Origin: Escherichia phage LF82-9
DNA: 64,000 bases
Strand: one strand, 5' to 3'
Sequence record: PV660452
Shown here in pieces: positions 17,591 to 26,236 of the stretch. Position 1 is the stretch's first letter. Each line of letters opens with the position of its first letter. The notes under the pieces were generated by a model. The model ran no database searches and was not told the origin of the DNA. It saw only the letters and a program-made list of their open reading frames with translations. The translations under genes were made by a program, and so were the position numbers.

Positions 17591-18118
17591 TTATGCGTGA
17601 ACCGTCTTTAAACGTTCTTCAAATTTCCGAAGAGTACTAATACGTTCTGCTTTCTGTTTTGTATAGTTTGCAATACGTTCTGAAGTGAGAGCGTATCGTT
17701 CGTTTACTGTTTCTTTCATGAAGTCAGGGATTTCACGAGAAGCTTTAATTTCATCAAACTTGTCGAGTACTGCCTGGTCTTCAGCGATTAAATTTTCGTA
17801 CATCTCGATATCTTTCTTGATAAACTCGATATCTTCCTGGGTTACTTTGGATAAACGAGACGCTTTATCCTTTTTGTACTGCTCGTTAGTTTCACGAGAC
17901 CAGAATAATGTACGTTTTTTGTTAGTGTTTTTGTAGACTTCCACAATTCCAACTGAATCGATGATAACAATCCAATTCCAGCGAGATTTGAAAATCTGAC
18001 CTCCGTCCACGGTAATCTCGTTATCATAAGCAACGTCATTAAAGAACTTGCTCTGTGCTTCAGATTTAAATTTACCGTCGTTATAATTTACCAGGTTGAA
18101 AATATCTTTAGCGTTCAT
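17591..18118 (-). CDS. Hypothetical protein (175 aa)
   Basis: ORF track; promoter cassette upstream. Confidence 0.5.
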   Translation of the reverse strand: MNAKDIFNLVNYNDGKFKSEAQSKFFNDVAYDNEITVDGGQIFKSRWNWIVIIDSVGIVEVYKNTNKKRTLFWSRETNEQYKKDKASRLSKVTQEDIEFIKKDIEMYENLIAEDQAVLDKFDEIKASREIPDFMKETVNERYALTSERIANYTKQKAERISTLRKFEERLKTVHA

Positions 18119-18145
18119 GTTTTACCTCCAGTAGTTGATAGGTCT

Positions 18146-18174
18146 ATAATAACACAACCATAGACCTTGTAAAC
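18146..18174 (-). promoter_or_regulatory. Early promoter with stem-loop (GTTTAC-N17-TATTAT; AGGTCTAT/ATAGACCT stem)
   Basis: Minus strand GTTTACAAGGTCTATGGTTGTGTTATTATAGACCTATCAAC. Confidence 0.6.
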
Positions 18175-18176
18175 AA

Positions 18177-18464
18177 CTAAAAGAAACTTTTTTCAGTATT
18201 TTTTCCACTGAACCAAACCGACTTCGGGGTTTTCTGTAACTTTTCAGATTTAAGTTTCTCTTCCTGTTCTTTCTTATATACACTCTTGTCGTACTGGAGC
18301 ATCTCTATGGCATTCTTTTGCAAACGATCTAAGGTAATTAAGGCTTTAGTTTTTCCTTTCAAGGAAGAGTCCTGGCGAACCTCCTCGCTATATTGCATTG
18401 TAGAACTAACCATACGATGAGCATAGAGTTCGACTGCGGCTTTAATTTTTTGCATAAAATCCAT
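18177..18464 (-). CDS. Hypothetical protein (95 aa), K/E-rich
   Basis: ATG at 18464 with SD AGAGGA. Confidence 0.5.
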   Translation of the reverse strand: MDFMQKIKAAVELYAHRMVSSTMQYSEEVRQDSSLKGKTKALITLDRLQKNAIEMLQYDKSVYKKEQEEKLKSEKLQKTPKSVWFSGKNTEKSFF

Positions 18465-18565
18465 AACATATCCTCTTTGATTTGTACATCATTATTTTTA
18501 AATATTTCTATGCCCTCAGTAGGTTCCTGGTGTCCTTCTTTGAGGTAAGCCATATGATTATTCAT
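18359..18565 (-). CDS. Questionable small ORF (68 aa) overlapping the previous gene
   Basis: ORF track only; 106-nt out-of-frame overlap and weak RBS. Confidence 0.2.
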   Translation of the reverse strand: MNNHMAYLKEGHQEPTEGIEIFKNNDVQIKEDMLWILCKKLKPQSNSMLIVWLVLQCNIARRFARTLP

Positions 18566-18602
18566 CTTTATGGCTTTTGTTACCTCAGGACTTCCTGTAA
18601 GC

Positions 18603-19583
18603 TTATTTCAGTAAAGTTACTTCAGAGATTTCCTCCCAACCATCTTTATCAGTTGAAATAAAATCTGCCACATAAAGAGCCGTACGTAATGATACATTGC
18701 GAAGACGAGACACGTTAGCCTTCATCCAGGACAATGCTTTGTACGTTTCAGCATTAGTCAAGCCACGTTTCTGCATCATGTCAGTAGATAATATTACATC
18801 TTCAACTCGAACCATAATCTCTTCATTAGAGTGTACTCCAAGGTCGAGATACACTGAACGAGATACTAAAGCTTGAAGGTGCGGAGCAAGTTTCGAACCG
18901 CGTTCTAACTCTTTATCGATATCAACGTTTGTAATGAAAACAATAGTACCTTCAAACTCAAATTCTTTATCGATACCCTTATCATCAAGATAAGATGATG
19001 CAGTGCTCCAGCAAACTTTGCGTTTATCATCAGTATCTAATGCTGCTTTAAGAAGGTTCAAGATATCTATATCCGAGAATACATCAACATCGTCGATTAA
19101 GAGAACGCTGTCTGCATCACGGTTGAGCCAAAGTTGTTCGTAAAGGCCAATACCAGAGATTTTACCATTAATGCTTTTGTATTTGATGAAACCATTATCA
19201 TTAGCATTATTAAGCGCTTTATCCAGAGAATACGTCTTACCAATACCAGCTGCACCTGAAATAATGAGTGAACGAATTTTGCCATCGATAATGCCATTCG
19301 TCATCATGTTCATTACTTTAAAGCGTTTGTTGATACGAGTTTTCATATCTTCAGTGCTTTCAACAACTGCAACTGGTGTCGTCTCAACTCCTTCCATTAC
19401 GATGTCTGATTTGAAGACCCATACTCCACGTTCAGAACCATCAATCATAACGAAAATTTTACCGTCACCTAAGTGGGAACATTCAGGATTAAGCTTTGCT
19501 GGGAACCATGTCTTTGTGGCAACATAAGAACCGGAGATTTCATTATTACGATAGATACCTTTTTTGATTTGAACGTTGAACAT
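18603..19583 (-). CDS. AAA+-type P-loop ATPase (326 aa) with a ~110 aa N-terminal domain
   Basis: Walker A GAAGIGKT, Walker B VLLIDDVD, sensor-1-like VFITN; ATG at 19583 with SD GGAG. Confidence 0.7.
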   Translation of the reverse strand: MFNVQIKKGIYRNNEISGSYVATKTWFPAKLNPECSHLGDGKIFVMIDGSERGVWVFKSDIVMEGVETTPVAVVESTEDMKTRINKRFKVMNMMTNGIIDGKIRSLIISGAAGIGKTYSLDKALNNANDNGFIKYKSINGKISGIGLYEQLWLNRDADSVLLIDDVDVFSDIDILNLLKAALDTDDKRKVCWSTASSYLDDKGIDKEFEFEGTIVFITNVDIDKELERGSKLAPHLQALVSRSVYLDLGVHSNEEIMVRVEDVILSTDMMQKRGLTNAETYKALSWMKANVSRLRNVSLRTALYVADFISTDKDGWEEISEVTLLK

Positions 19584-19622
19584 TTTATTCTCCAAATTTA
19601 CTCATTTCGTTTTGATAGGTCT

Positions 19623-19651
19623 ATAATAACATATCCTAAAAACATGTACAC
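19623..19651 (-). promoter_or_regulatory. Candidate early promoter (GTGTAC-N17-TATTAT)
   Basis: Sigma70-like spacing upstream of the ATPase gene; degenerate -35. Confidence 0.4.
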
Positions 19652-19679
19652 TACTTTTTAAAAATATTTTGACCCCCTA

Positions 19680-19697
19680 AAGGGCCCGAAGGCCCTT
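19680..19697 (-). terminator. Hairpin AAGGGCC-ttcg-GGCCCTT after the nucleotidyltransferase gene; U-run not immediately adjacent
   Basis: 7-bp perfect inverted repeat with TTCG loop just past the stop at 19699. Confidence 0.45.
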
Positions 19698-19698
19698 A

Positions 19699-20688
19699 TC
19701 ATTTATAGTATGAATTGTGGTTTTCTAAGTAGACTTGCTCAAGGAAGTCATCCCAGAAACTCATATCTACTTTTTGCTGCATACCATTCTTGGCAGCTTG
19801 TTCTGACGCATGTTCAACTTGGTCAACGATATCTTCTAGGAATTCTTGTACAGTTTTAAACGTATGTTTACCAAGCTTAACATCGAGAATAAATGGAGCA
19901 TCCTGAAGCGGGTAAACCAGGTCGCCGGTTTTGTAAATTTCTAAGAGCTGAAGTCCACCACGGCATGCGTGACTCAATGCTTTCCAATCAATGCCTTCAT
20001 TGGCTTCTGCCTTACGAGCACGTTCACCGTAGTTCTCTTCAAGTTTAACCAGGATGGCATTGAACTCTTTGTTAGTTAACGTATCTTGGAATTTACGGTC
20101 TAACAGACTATAGAATGTTTGCTTACCTGTTTTCTCGTTTTCAGTTTCAACCCATGAAGCAAATTCACCTATAGGCAAAACATTCTTCATATGTGATAAA
20201 CGAATTACTGCACCGTTATCAAAGTATTGTCCCCATTCATTAGAACGTTTAAGGGCTTGACGAAGAACAGCCAGCCGAGAACCCTTGACACCGTATTTAG
20301 AAGCTTGCTTACGGACATACCCTAAATAAGATTTCATGTTAGTGGTATAGAAACGAGACCTGTTATCTTGAATATACTTCCATACATCAGGCAAATCAGA
20401 TTTAACTACTAGACTTTGTGGAGTGTGAAGCATATCTAATGCGACGGTTTCACCATCCGCAGCTAGTTTAAAGAAATATTTGAGACTATATAACTCATGG
20501 TCTACGTCGTCTTTTGTGTTCTTAGAAGATGTGTTATTCGTGTTCTTGCTCATATGTTCTTTAACGTTACCGGTCAAGATATCACGAGCATGAGGGACAT
20601 AAATTTCTTTAAAATCGACGTCAGACTCAGGAGTAGACGTTCCATAAAGGTGGCTACCAAAGTAGCCTTTCATAATTGTTTTCATCAT
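19699..20688 (-). CDS. Pol-beta-superfamily nucleotidyltransferase-fold protein (329 aa)
   Basis: N-terminal motif YFGSHLYGTSTPESDVDF (GS-x10-DxD); ATG overlaps the upstream stop (ATGA). Confidence 0.65.
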   Translation of the reverse strand: MMKTIMKGYFGSHLYGTSTPESDVDFKEIYVPHARDILTGNVKEHMSKNTNNTSSKNTKDDVDHELYSLKYFFKLAADGETVALDMLHTPQSLVVKSDLPDVWKYIQDNRSRFYTTNMKSYLGYVRKQASKYGVKGSRLAVLRQALKRSNEWGQYFDNGAVIRLSHMKNVLPIGEFASWVETENEKTGKQTFYSLLDRKFQDTLTNKEFNAILVKLEENYGERARKAEANEGIDWKALSHACRGGLQLLEIYKTGDLVYPLQDAPFILDVKLGKHTFKTVQEFLEDIVDQVEHASEQAAKNGMQQKVDMSFWDDFLEQVYLENHNSYYK

Positions 20689-21158
20689 TTAGCCTTATAT
20701 TCAAGAGTAGGACAGACTTTTTCTTTATGAGCTTTAAGGTATTCACCTATTAATGATTTCTTACGTTCAATAGGCTCAAGTCCATTTTTAATTCGTTCTT
20801 GGTTTTGTGCAATGAGCTCAATTTCTTTATAATATTTTCTGTCGTTATATTTGTCTAACAACCAAGACGGACCAATTACCAACCCGGTAGCAATAAAAGC
20901 CATGACTGCTACAATTAAAATGCCTACACCAATTGAGGCTGGAACTAATGTCCATAGACTGCTAAAAACAAAGAATTTAGTTAAAATTTCCTGGCCAATG
21001 ATTGTGACTGCTGCTAAAATCGCAAATCCAATAATTGAAGCAGCCAATACCGGGATTAACGTTTTCCAAAAATAAGCACACAACGTTTTAGGACGATTCC
21101 ATGTACTATTGAATGCAGCATAAATTTTATAGTGCCAAGAGTTTTCATTGATAATCAT
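20685..21158 (-). CDS. Hypothetical integral membrane protein (157 aa)
   Basis: Multiple hydrophobic helices (IPVLAASIIGFAILAAVTIIG; LVPASIGVGILIVAVMAFIATGLVIG). Confidence 0.55.
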   Translation of the reverse strand: MIINENSWHYKIYAAFNSTWNRPKTLCAYFWKTLIPVLAASIIGFAILAAVTIIGQEILTKFFVFSSLWTLVPASIGVGILIVAVMAFIATGLVIGPSWLLDKYNDRKYYKEIELIAQNQERIKNGLEPIERKKSLIGEYLKAHKEKVCPTLEYKAK

Positions 21159-21167
21159 AATAATTCC

Positions 21168-21704
21168 TTATTTCAAAGTCGGGATAATAGAATCAAGATA
21201 AGCTTTAAGAGCAACTGCTTCGTCTTTGGTAAACGTAGTAATATGTGAACGTAAATCATCAATTTGACGAATAGTTACGACATCACCATCTTCATAAGAA
21301 TTCCGTACATCCAACGTCGTGGTATAGTTTAGAGCTACCGGATTAATAATAAAAGCACCACGTCCTTTACCCCATTGAAGTTTAGCCTTTTCGGGTGTTT
21401 CAGGTGTTTCAGAATTCAAGAATTCTTTAACCTTATCAACGAATGTTTTCCAATTATCAATAGAAAGACACATATCTTCAGTTTCGATATTAGCACCACG
21501 TTCCCCACGATAAAAACGAACTTGTAGCTCATTGCCAATACTAGTTACGCTATTAAATCCTGAAGGAGCATAAGATAAAATCTCTTCCAATTCCATAGGA
21601 AGAATAGTAATACTATCATCTTCTTGAGTGAAAAGATAGGTATTACCGAGTTTTTCGATAGTCAAGTCACCGAACATTTCAGTTGTTTCAATTACAGTTT
21701 TCAT
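21168..21704 (-). CDS. Hypothetical protein (178 aa)
   Basis: ORF track 21168..21716 trimmed to the ATG at 21704. Confidence 0.5.
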   Translation of the reverse strand: MKTVIETTEMFGDLTIEKLGNTYLFTQEDDSITILPMELEEILSYAPSGFNSVTSIGNELQVRFYRGERGANIETEDMCLSIDNWKTFVDKVKEFLNSETPETPEKAKLQWGKGRGAFIINPVALNYTTTLDVRNSYEDGDVVTIRQIDDLRSHITTFTKDEAVALKAYLDSIIPTLK

Positions 21705-21705
21705 A

Positions 21706-21885
21706 TTATTCACCAATTAAAGTTTCAACAAAATTCACCAAATCATTCTGACGAGCATCAACTTGCTTTTCATAGAAGTCTCCGCTATCATTTACTGCGT
21801 GATAAGCTACATCATTTAAATCAGTATCGGCTTCACGCAAGTCATGGATAAGGTCCATCAATTTATTAGCTTGTTCACGGGTCAT
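21706..21885 (-). CDS. Hypothetical small protein (59 aa); below ORF-track cutoff
   Basis: Manual translation MTREQANKLMDLIHDLREADTDLNDVAYHAV... Confidence 0.4.
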   Translation of the reverse strand: MTREQANKLMDLIHDLREADTDLNDVAYHAVNDSGDFYEKQVDARQNDLVNFVETLIGE

Positions 21886-22021
21886 TTTACCATACTCGTT
21901 TCAATAAGATTCACTATGCCGTTTACCATGTTATAAGTAAACATCGGATAATTGTATTGTACTACAACATAAGCGATAAGCAAAAGTTTCATTTTGTTCT
22001 CCGTTCGTTTTGGTAGGACTA

Positions 22022-22050
22022 CTATAACATAGTCCTACCAAGATGTAAAC
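22022..22050 (-). promoter_or_regulatory. Early-promoter cassette with stem (GTTTAC; GGTAGGACTA/TAGTCCTACC)
   Basis: Minus-strand GTTTAC and 10-bp inverted repeat flanking the -10 region. Confidence 0.45.
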
Positions 22051-22283
22051 TACCGATTGTGTTTTAAATGTTGATAAAGTTCTTCAACTTGTTTAGGGTC
22101 CAAAACAATTAGGTCATTTTCTTGGCGAAGATAAAGCCATCCCTTATCCCCAGGACCATTTTTACAAAACATCGCCACCATATCATCATCTTCAGCGCTT
22201 TCAGGTAAAAGTTCAAGCACACCGTCTTCAGATTTTCCAGTATAATCGTAAAGCATAATATCCTCACATAATCTCGTTAACAT
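22050..22283 (-). CDS. Hypothetical acidic protein (77 aa)
   Basis: ORF track. Confidence 0.45.
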   Translation of the reverse strand: MLTRLCEDIMLYDYTGKSEDGVLELLPESAEDDDMVAMFCKNGPGDKGWLYLRQENDLIVLDPKQVEELYQHLKHNR

Positions 22284-22443
22284 ACATTTGCAATTCGGTG
22301 TGAGCGTCGGCCATCTTTTTCATAGCTCTGTTAATGTCGATGTCTCCATCTTCGCAACCATGAGCATTTTCCCAATCAGATACCGCATTAGCGTACTCTT
22401 CAATCAAAAACATCAACTTAGAAATCTTTTCTTTACGTGTCAT
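22264..22443 (-). CDS. Hypothetical protein (59 aa from ATG MTRKEKISK)
   Basis: ATG at 22443 with SD GAGGAGAA; ORF-track start lies inside the promoter. Confidence 0.45.
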   Translation of the reverse strand: MTRKEKISKLMFLIEEYANAVSDWENAHGCEDGDIDINRAMKKMADAHTELQMYVNEIM

Positions 22444-22470
22444 AACGTTCTCCTCTAGTAAGTAAGGTCT

Positions 22471-22499
22471 ACTATAACACAACCTGAGGAGAAGTAAAC
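22471..22499 (-). promoter_or_regulatory. Early promoter (GTTTAC-N17-TATAGT) with CTCCTC/GAGGAG stem pairing RBS to spacer
   Basis: Minus strand GTTTACTTCTCCTCAGGTTGTGTTATAGTAGACCT. Confidence 0.55.
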
Positions 22500-22515
22500 T
22501 GCTAAATGCAAAAAA

Positions 22516-22537
22516 GCCCCAACCTTTCGGAAGGGGC
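22516..22537 (-). terminator. Intrinsic terminator (GCCCC...GGGGC stem plus U6); member of a 4-copy family
   Basis: Plus-strand AAAAAGCCCCAACCTTTCGGAAGGGGCTTT. Confidence 0.7.
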
Positions 22538-22542
22538 TTTGA

Positions 22543-23100
22543 TTAGTTTTTGTAATATCGTAAAGGGTTGATATGGAATGAAAGCATTGCGCGTGGAATA
22601 GGACGTCTCAAAAGACTCTTAAGTTTCCAACCACAGTAAACACGCAGATAAAATGTAATACCACCAACCTTAAGATAAGGTATAGCAGCGAATAATCCCC
22701 ATGCAGACTCGTTCCAAACTAAAAGATATCCATGATGTGCTGGGTCAGGAGATCCTGATTTAGTTTCGGCGTTGCCTTTATAGTGCCATTTTGATGAAGC
22801 TTCGCGACCTAAAACATGATACGAAAAATTATATGCTTTGTTGCGCCATAACCAAGCTACGCGTTGAGCATATTTACCTATAACAGGAATTTTACGTATT
22901 TTAGACCAACGTTCAACATGGCCACGGTCACCATCGATAGGATTATCGTAAGTCATCATCCAGTCAAAGCCATAAGGTAGTTTACCGGTTTTTTCACTAT
23001 GGAATGGAACTACAAATGGTGCTAGAATAATTGCTAAAATCGCTGCGATCCAATCTATAGGAACAAGAACAACCCAACTTACATATTTTAAAAATTTCAT
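22543..23100 (-). CDS. Hypothetical membrane protein (185 aa) downstream of rI; late-promoter driven
   Basis: N-terminal transmembrane segment WVVLVPIDWIAAILAIILAPFVV; TATAAATA upstream. Confidence 0.55.
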   Translation of the reverse strand: MKFLKYVSWVVLVPIDWIAAILAIILAPFVVPFHSEKTGKLPYGFDWMMTYDNPIDGDRGHVERWSKIRKIPVIGKYAQRVAWLWRNKAYNFSYHVLGREASSKWHYKGNAETKSGSPDPAHHGYLLVWNESAWGLFAAIPYLKVGGITFYLRVYCGWKLKSLLRRPIPRAMLSFHINPLRYYKN

Positions 23101-23124
23101 ATATCCTCTCTTAGTTTACAAGGA

Positions 23125-23132
23125 TATTTATA
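23125..23132 (-). promoter_or_regulatory. T4-type late promoter TATAAATA
   Basis: Exact consensus on the minus strand ~25 nt upstream of the start at 23100. Confidence 0.5.
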
Positions 23133-23135
23133 CAA

Positions 23136-23160
23136 AAAGCCCCAACCTTTCGGAAGGGGC
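23136..23160 (-). terminator. Intrinsic terminator (same GCCCC/GGGGC family)
   Basis: AAAAAGCCCCAACCTTTCGGAAGGGGC; U-run on the minus-strand RNA. Confidence 0.7.
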
Positions 23161-23167
23161 TAGTAAA

Positions 23168-23470
23168 TTAGATAGATGTAGGCTCTAATTTTATTTTCAT
23201 GAACTCGGCAAATTGTCTGGCGGTTTTTATGCCTTGTTCATGACATTCAAATGCATCATCACAGGGGCTATTTTTGTAATGCTTTGCCATATACTTATAG
23301 AATTTTTCAGAGTTCTCGACATTTTGAATTTCAAACAAAGTATATACGTTTTTAATCCCTGATTCCATAAAGTTATCAAAGTATGGGTCAATATGTGCAG
23401 TACCAACGATAGGAGTTGTTGCTGCAAAAAACCCCAGCATCGCCATGACAGCTATCGCTCTTAAGGCCAT
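23168..23470 (-). CDS. rI: Lysis-inhibition regulator rI (antiholin)
   Basis: 100 aa; MALRAIAVMAMLGFFAA...DPYFDNFMESGIKNVYTLFE...KNSPCDDAFEC matches T4 RI. Confidence 0.85.
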   Translation of the reverse strand: MALRAIAVMAMLGFFAATTPIVGTAHIDPYFDNFMESGIKNVYTLFEIQNVENSEKFYKYMAKHYKNSPCDDAFECHEQGIKTARQFAEFMKIKLEPTSI

Positions 23471-23482
23471 ATAGGCCTCCTG

Positions 23483-23695
23483 TTAATTTTGGCCAGTATT
23501 TATTTTTCGCCTTTGGACGGCCTTAACATCTGTGAGGTATTTTTCCAGCTTGCGCTTGCGTGTATAATCAGCTTTAGAACCAGTTTGACGGATATCCTCG
23601 TTTAAATGAGAAATAGAATGTCCTAATTCTCTTCGGATTTCATCCAATTGGGTTACAGTAAGATTACGAAGTTGTCTTTCGTTTAATTGCTGCAT
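23483..23695 (-). CDS. Hypothetical protein (70 aa)
   Basis: ORF track. Confidence 0.45.
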   Translation of the reverse strand: MQQLNERQLRNLTVTQLDEIRRELGHSISHLNEDIRQTGSKADYTRKRKLEKYLTDVKAVQRRKINTGQN

Positions 23696-23722
23696 ATATA
23701 CCTCTTGGTTAGATATTAGTAT

Positions 23723-24304
23723 TTATAACAACCCTGTCAAATCATTCCAATGCTTCCGGCATAATGACACATATCTATCGGTATCACCAATTTCAATTTG
23801 ACTGCCATCTGTAATTGGAAGTCCGTCTTCCGTGACTCTAGCTACCATTGTGGCCTTTTTACCACAATGACAGACACCTTTAAGTTCAACAAGCTTATCG
23901 GCAATAGCCATTAATGCTTGAGAACCTTCAAATAGATTACCTTTAAAATCTGTTCGTAGTCCATATGCCATTACCGGCACATTGTATACGTCAACAATAC
24001 GACTAAGTTGATACACCTTTTCAGTAGTTAAGAACTGAGCTTCGTCAACAAATACGCAGTGAATATCCTTTTGTGCTGCAGCCCATTTATAGAATTCAAA
24101 GATATCCATGTCTTTTGTAATTATATTGGCATCCTGACGAATACCAATACGAGAGACTATTTCACCTTTTGAATTACGAGTATCAATAGCCGGTTTAAGA
24201 ACTAATACACCCATGCCACGTTCTTTATAGTTATGTGCGGCAGTAAGTAATGAAGCAGACTTACCAGCGTTCATAGCGGCATAGGTAAAAATTAAACTAG
24301 CCAT
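23723..24304 (-). CDS. tk: Thymidine kinase
   Basis: 193 aa; P-loop AAMNAGKS, VFVDEAQF, zinc-ribbon cysteines CHCG...CRKH; same length as T4 Tk. Confidence 0.92.
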   Translation of the reverse strand: MASLIFTYAAMNAGKSASLLTAAHNYKERGMGVLVLKPAIDTRNSKGEIVSRIGIRQDANIITKDMDIFEFYKWAAAQKDIHCVFVDEAQFLTTEKVYQLSRIVDVYNVPVMAYGLRTDFKGNLFEGSQALMAIADKLVELKGVCHCGKKATMVARVTEDGLPITDGSQIEIGDTDRYVSLCRKHWNDLTGLL

Positions 24305-24494
24305 AAGAGTCCTTAGTTAAATTTTCTAAATATGTTTCTAAATCATTTTCAGCTTTATTGATAGATTTTACTAATTCGTAGTATGTTTCGGCATCTCCAT
24401 ATTCAGAAGATATTTCAAAAGACAAATCCTTTTCTAAACTAATAATTTCACCAACTAAAAATAATATTTCGTTCTTTTGTTCGCGAGTAATCAT
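24297..24494 (-). CDS. Hypothetical small acidic protein (65 aa)
   Basis: ORF track; coupled overlap. Confidence 0.45.
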   Translation of the reverse strand: MITREQKNEILFLVGEIISLEKDLSFEISSEYGDAETYYELVKSINKAENDLETYLENLTKDSYG

Positions 24495-24682
24495 AATGAA
24501 TTTATATAATCAATAAGTTCTTGCTCTTTATCGTCAAAATCTTTACACAGTTCTTCGTATTCGTCAGTATTAAAAGGACCGCATTCATTACAAACTTTTT
24601 CCAATTCGCTATTTTTATCCATAACTTCGTGGATAAGAGAAAAGAGTTTGTCTTTTTGTTCTTTACTTAAACTCATAACCAT
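24491..24682 (-). CDS. Hypothetical small acidic protein (63 aa)
   Basis: ORF track. Confidence 0.45.
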   Translation of the reverse strand: MVMSLSKEQKDKLFSLIHEVMDKNSELEKVCNECGPFNTDEYEELCKDFDDKEQELIDYINSL

Positions 24683-24900
24683 GTCACCTTTAAACAGTAT
24701 TCTTCTACATGCTGTTTACGACCTTTCTTATCAATAAAGGTATATTCAACGAATGTTCCAATGTAGTCTTTATCGACATCATGTGGACTATTAATTGGAC
24801 ATTTAGTACGACAAATGCGTTCCCATTGACGAATAATTACTGCTTTATTTTTAGGATCAAACGGATGTGGGTAATGCACATTCATAATAATGGTTCCCAA
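24673..24900 (-). CDS. Hypothetical protein (75 aa)
   Basis: ORF track. Confidence 0.45.
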   Translation of the reverse strand: MGTIIMNVHYPHPFDPKNKAVIIRQWERICRTKCPINSPHDVDKDYIGTFVEYTFIDKKGRKQHVEEYCLKVTWL

Positions 24901-25379
24901 TCAACAATCACAATTTCTAGTTTAGTGGAATATGTATCAAGAATTTCTTCAATGATATCCCAGTTTCCACCACCTATACCTGCACCAATTCTTGGCATGT
25001 AAATCACAGGCTTTGCTATCTTATTCTTTCCGAATTTATTTAATTCTATTATACAATTCATTAAAGCAGAGTACTCAAAATTAGGTCCGGGCTCAAACTG
25101 TGTATAAAGATTAAAGCAATAAGCTTTATGGGTCTTAAAATATTTTTCATAAACCGAATAGGAACCGAGTTTAGACTCGTCTCCGAATTCGGTTTGAAGT
25201 TTATCGGCTTCTAAAATTTTTGGATAAGCCTTTGCTAATTGTCCTGCTACACCAGCGCCCATTGTATGAAAACAATTGCACCCATGAGCAATATTATTAC
25301 CTTTAGAAAACAGGGCGACAATATCGCCCTTGATATAGTTTTTAATCACTTGCTGCAAGTCCTCTAGTATAAGAGTCAA
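24882..25379 (-). CDS. Macro-domain protein (ADP-ribose binding/processing), 165 aa
   Basis: Macro signature motifs HGCNCFHTMGAGVAGQ and PRIGAGIGGG. Confidence 0.65.
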   Translation of the reverse strand: MTLILEDLQQVIKNYIKGDIVALFSKGNNIAHGCNCFHTMGAGVAGQLAKAYPKILEADKLQTEFGDESKLGSYSVYEKYFKTHKAYCFNLYTQFEPGPNFEYSALMNCIIELNKFGKNKIAKPVIYMPRIGAGIGGGNWDIIEEILDTYSTKLEIVIVDWEPLL

Positions 25380-25689
25380 CTAGACGGTCCACCATAGAAT
25401 TGCATGCTGCCTTATCTTTAGGTTCCGCCACCGAGCATTCTAATATTTGCCATTTTTTATAGTATCTTTTAATTAAGGTAGACGCCTTGAACCTACTAGA
25501 CGCCCCATCTTTTTCTCCGTCTTTATATGCATATAACAATTTTTGTGAAAAATCTACTTTACACTCTTGACTTTTACCACAATAATCAGACGCCGTTCTG
25601 TTTGTATACTCCGTTACATCAGTATATGTAGTATTAGCAAGAGCGTTAAATGAAACCAAGCCAACTATTAAAGCCAACATTTTGGTCAT
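25342..25689 (-). CDS. Hypothetical secreted protein (115 aa) at the T4 vs position
   Basis: N-terminal signal-peptide-like MTKMLALIVGLVSFNALA; four cysteines. Confidence 0.5.
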   Translation of the reverse strand: MTKMLALIVGLVSFNALANTTYTDVTEYTNRTASDYCGKSQECKVDFSQKLLYAYKDGEKDGASSRFKASTLIKRYYKKWQILECSVAEPKDKAACNSMVDRLVDSYTRGLAASD

Positions 25690-26228
25690 TCTTTTATTTC
25701 CAGTAGTTTATTTGATTTAAGGTAATTAGCCTTTTCTAGGACTTCAGAAGCATATTTACTTCCAGCACTTGTCTTCCATCCAGCATTATATGAGGATATG
25801 GCTTTCCTTATATCCCCGTTATGTATATTTAACCAATAAGAAAATTCGATATAAGCCCATCTTGCTGAATTAGACCGCTTAGATAGCATTTTCTTAATTT
25901 GGGCATCAGTCATATTATAACCAAGCTGGTTAATTCTTGCCCTCATTGTTGGTAGATAATTTTGGAACATTCCATACGCATGGTGACCTTTCTTATCTTT
26001 AAGATTAATACCGGCAGATGATTCCTGCCATAGTATTGCGGCCATTATGTATCCAAGTCCTTTCTTATGCATATTTTCATGCGTTTTAAATTTTCCATCC
26101 TTAGAAAACTGTTCCCCAAACTGATAAGCATAATTCAAGTTATCGAGTTGGACATTACTAAAAGTATGCTCGGAGCTATGTGCTGATAACGAAAGAGCAA
26201 ATAGACCAGCGAGTAGTGCTTTTCTCAT
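25686..26228 (-). CDS. Secreted lytic-transglycosylase-like protein (SLT-domain motifs), 180 aa
   Basis: Signal peptide MRKALLAGLFALSLSAHS; motifs WQESSAG, GMFQ, SYNAG resemble family-1 lytic transglycosylases. Confidence 0.5.
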   Translation of the reverse strand: MRKALLAGLFALSLSAHSSEHTFSNVQLDNLNYAYQFGEQFSKDGKFKTHENMHKKGLGYIMAAILWQESSAGINLKDKKGHHAYGMFQNYLPTMRARINQLGYNMTDAQIKKMLSKRSNSARWAYIEFSYWLNIHNGDIRKAISSYNAGWKTSAGSKYASEVLEKANYLKSNKLLEIKE

Positions 26229-26236
26229 GTTTACCT

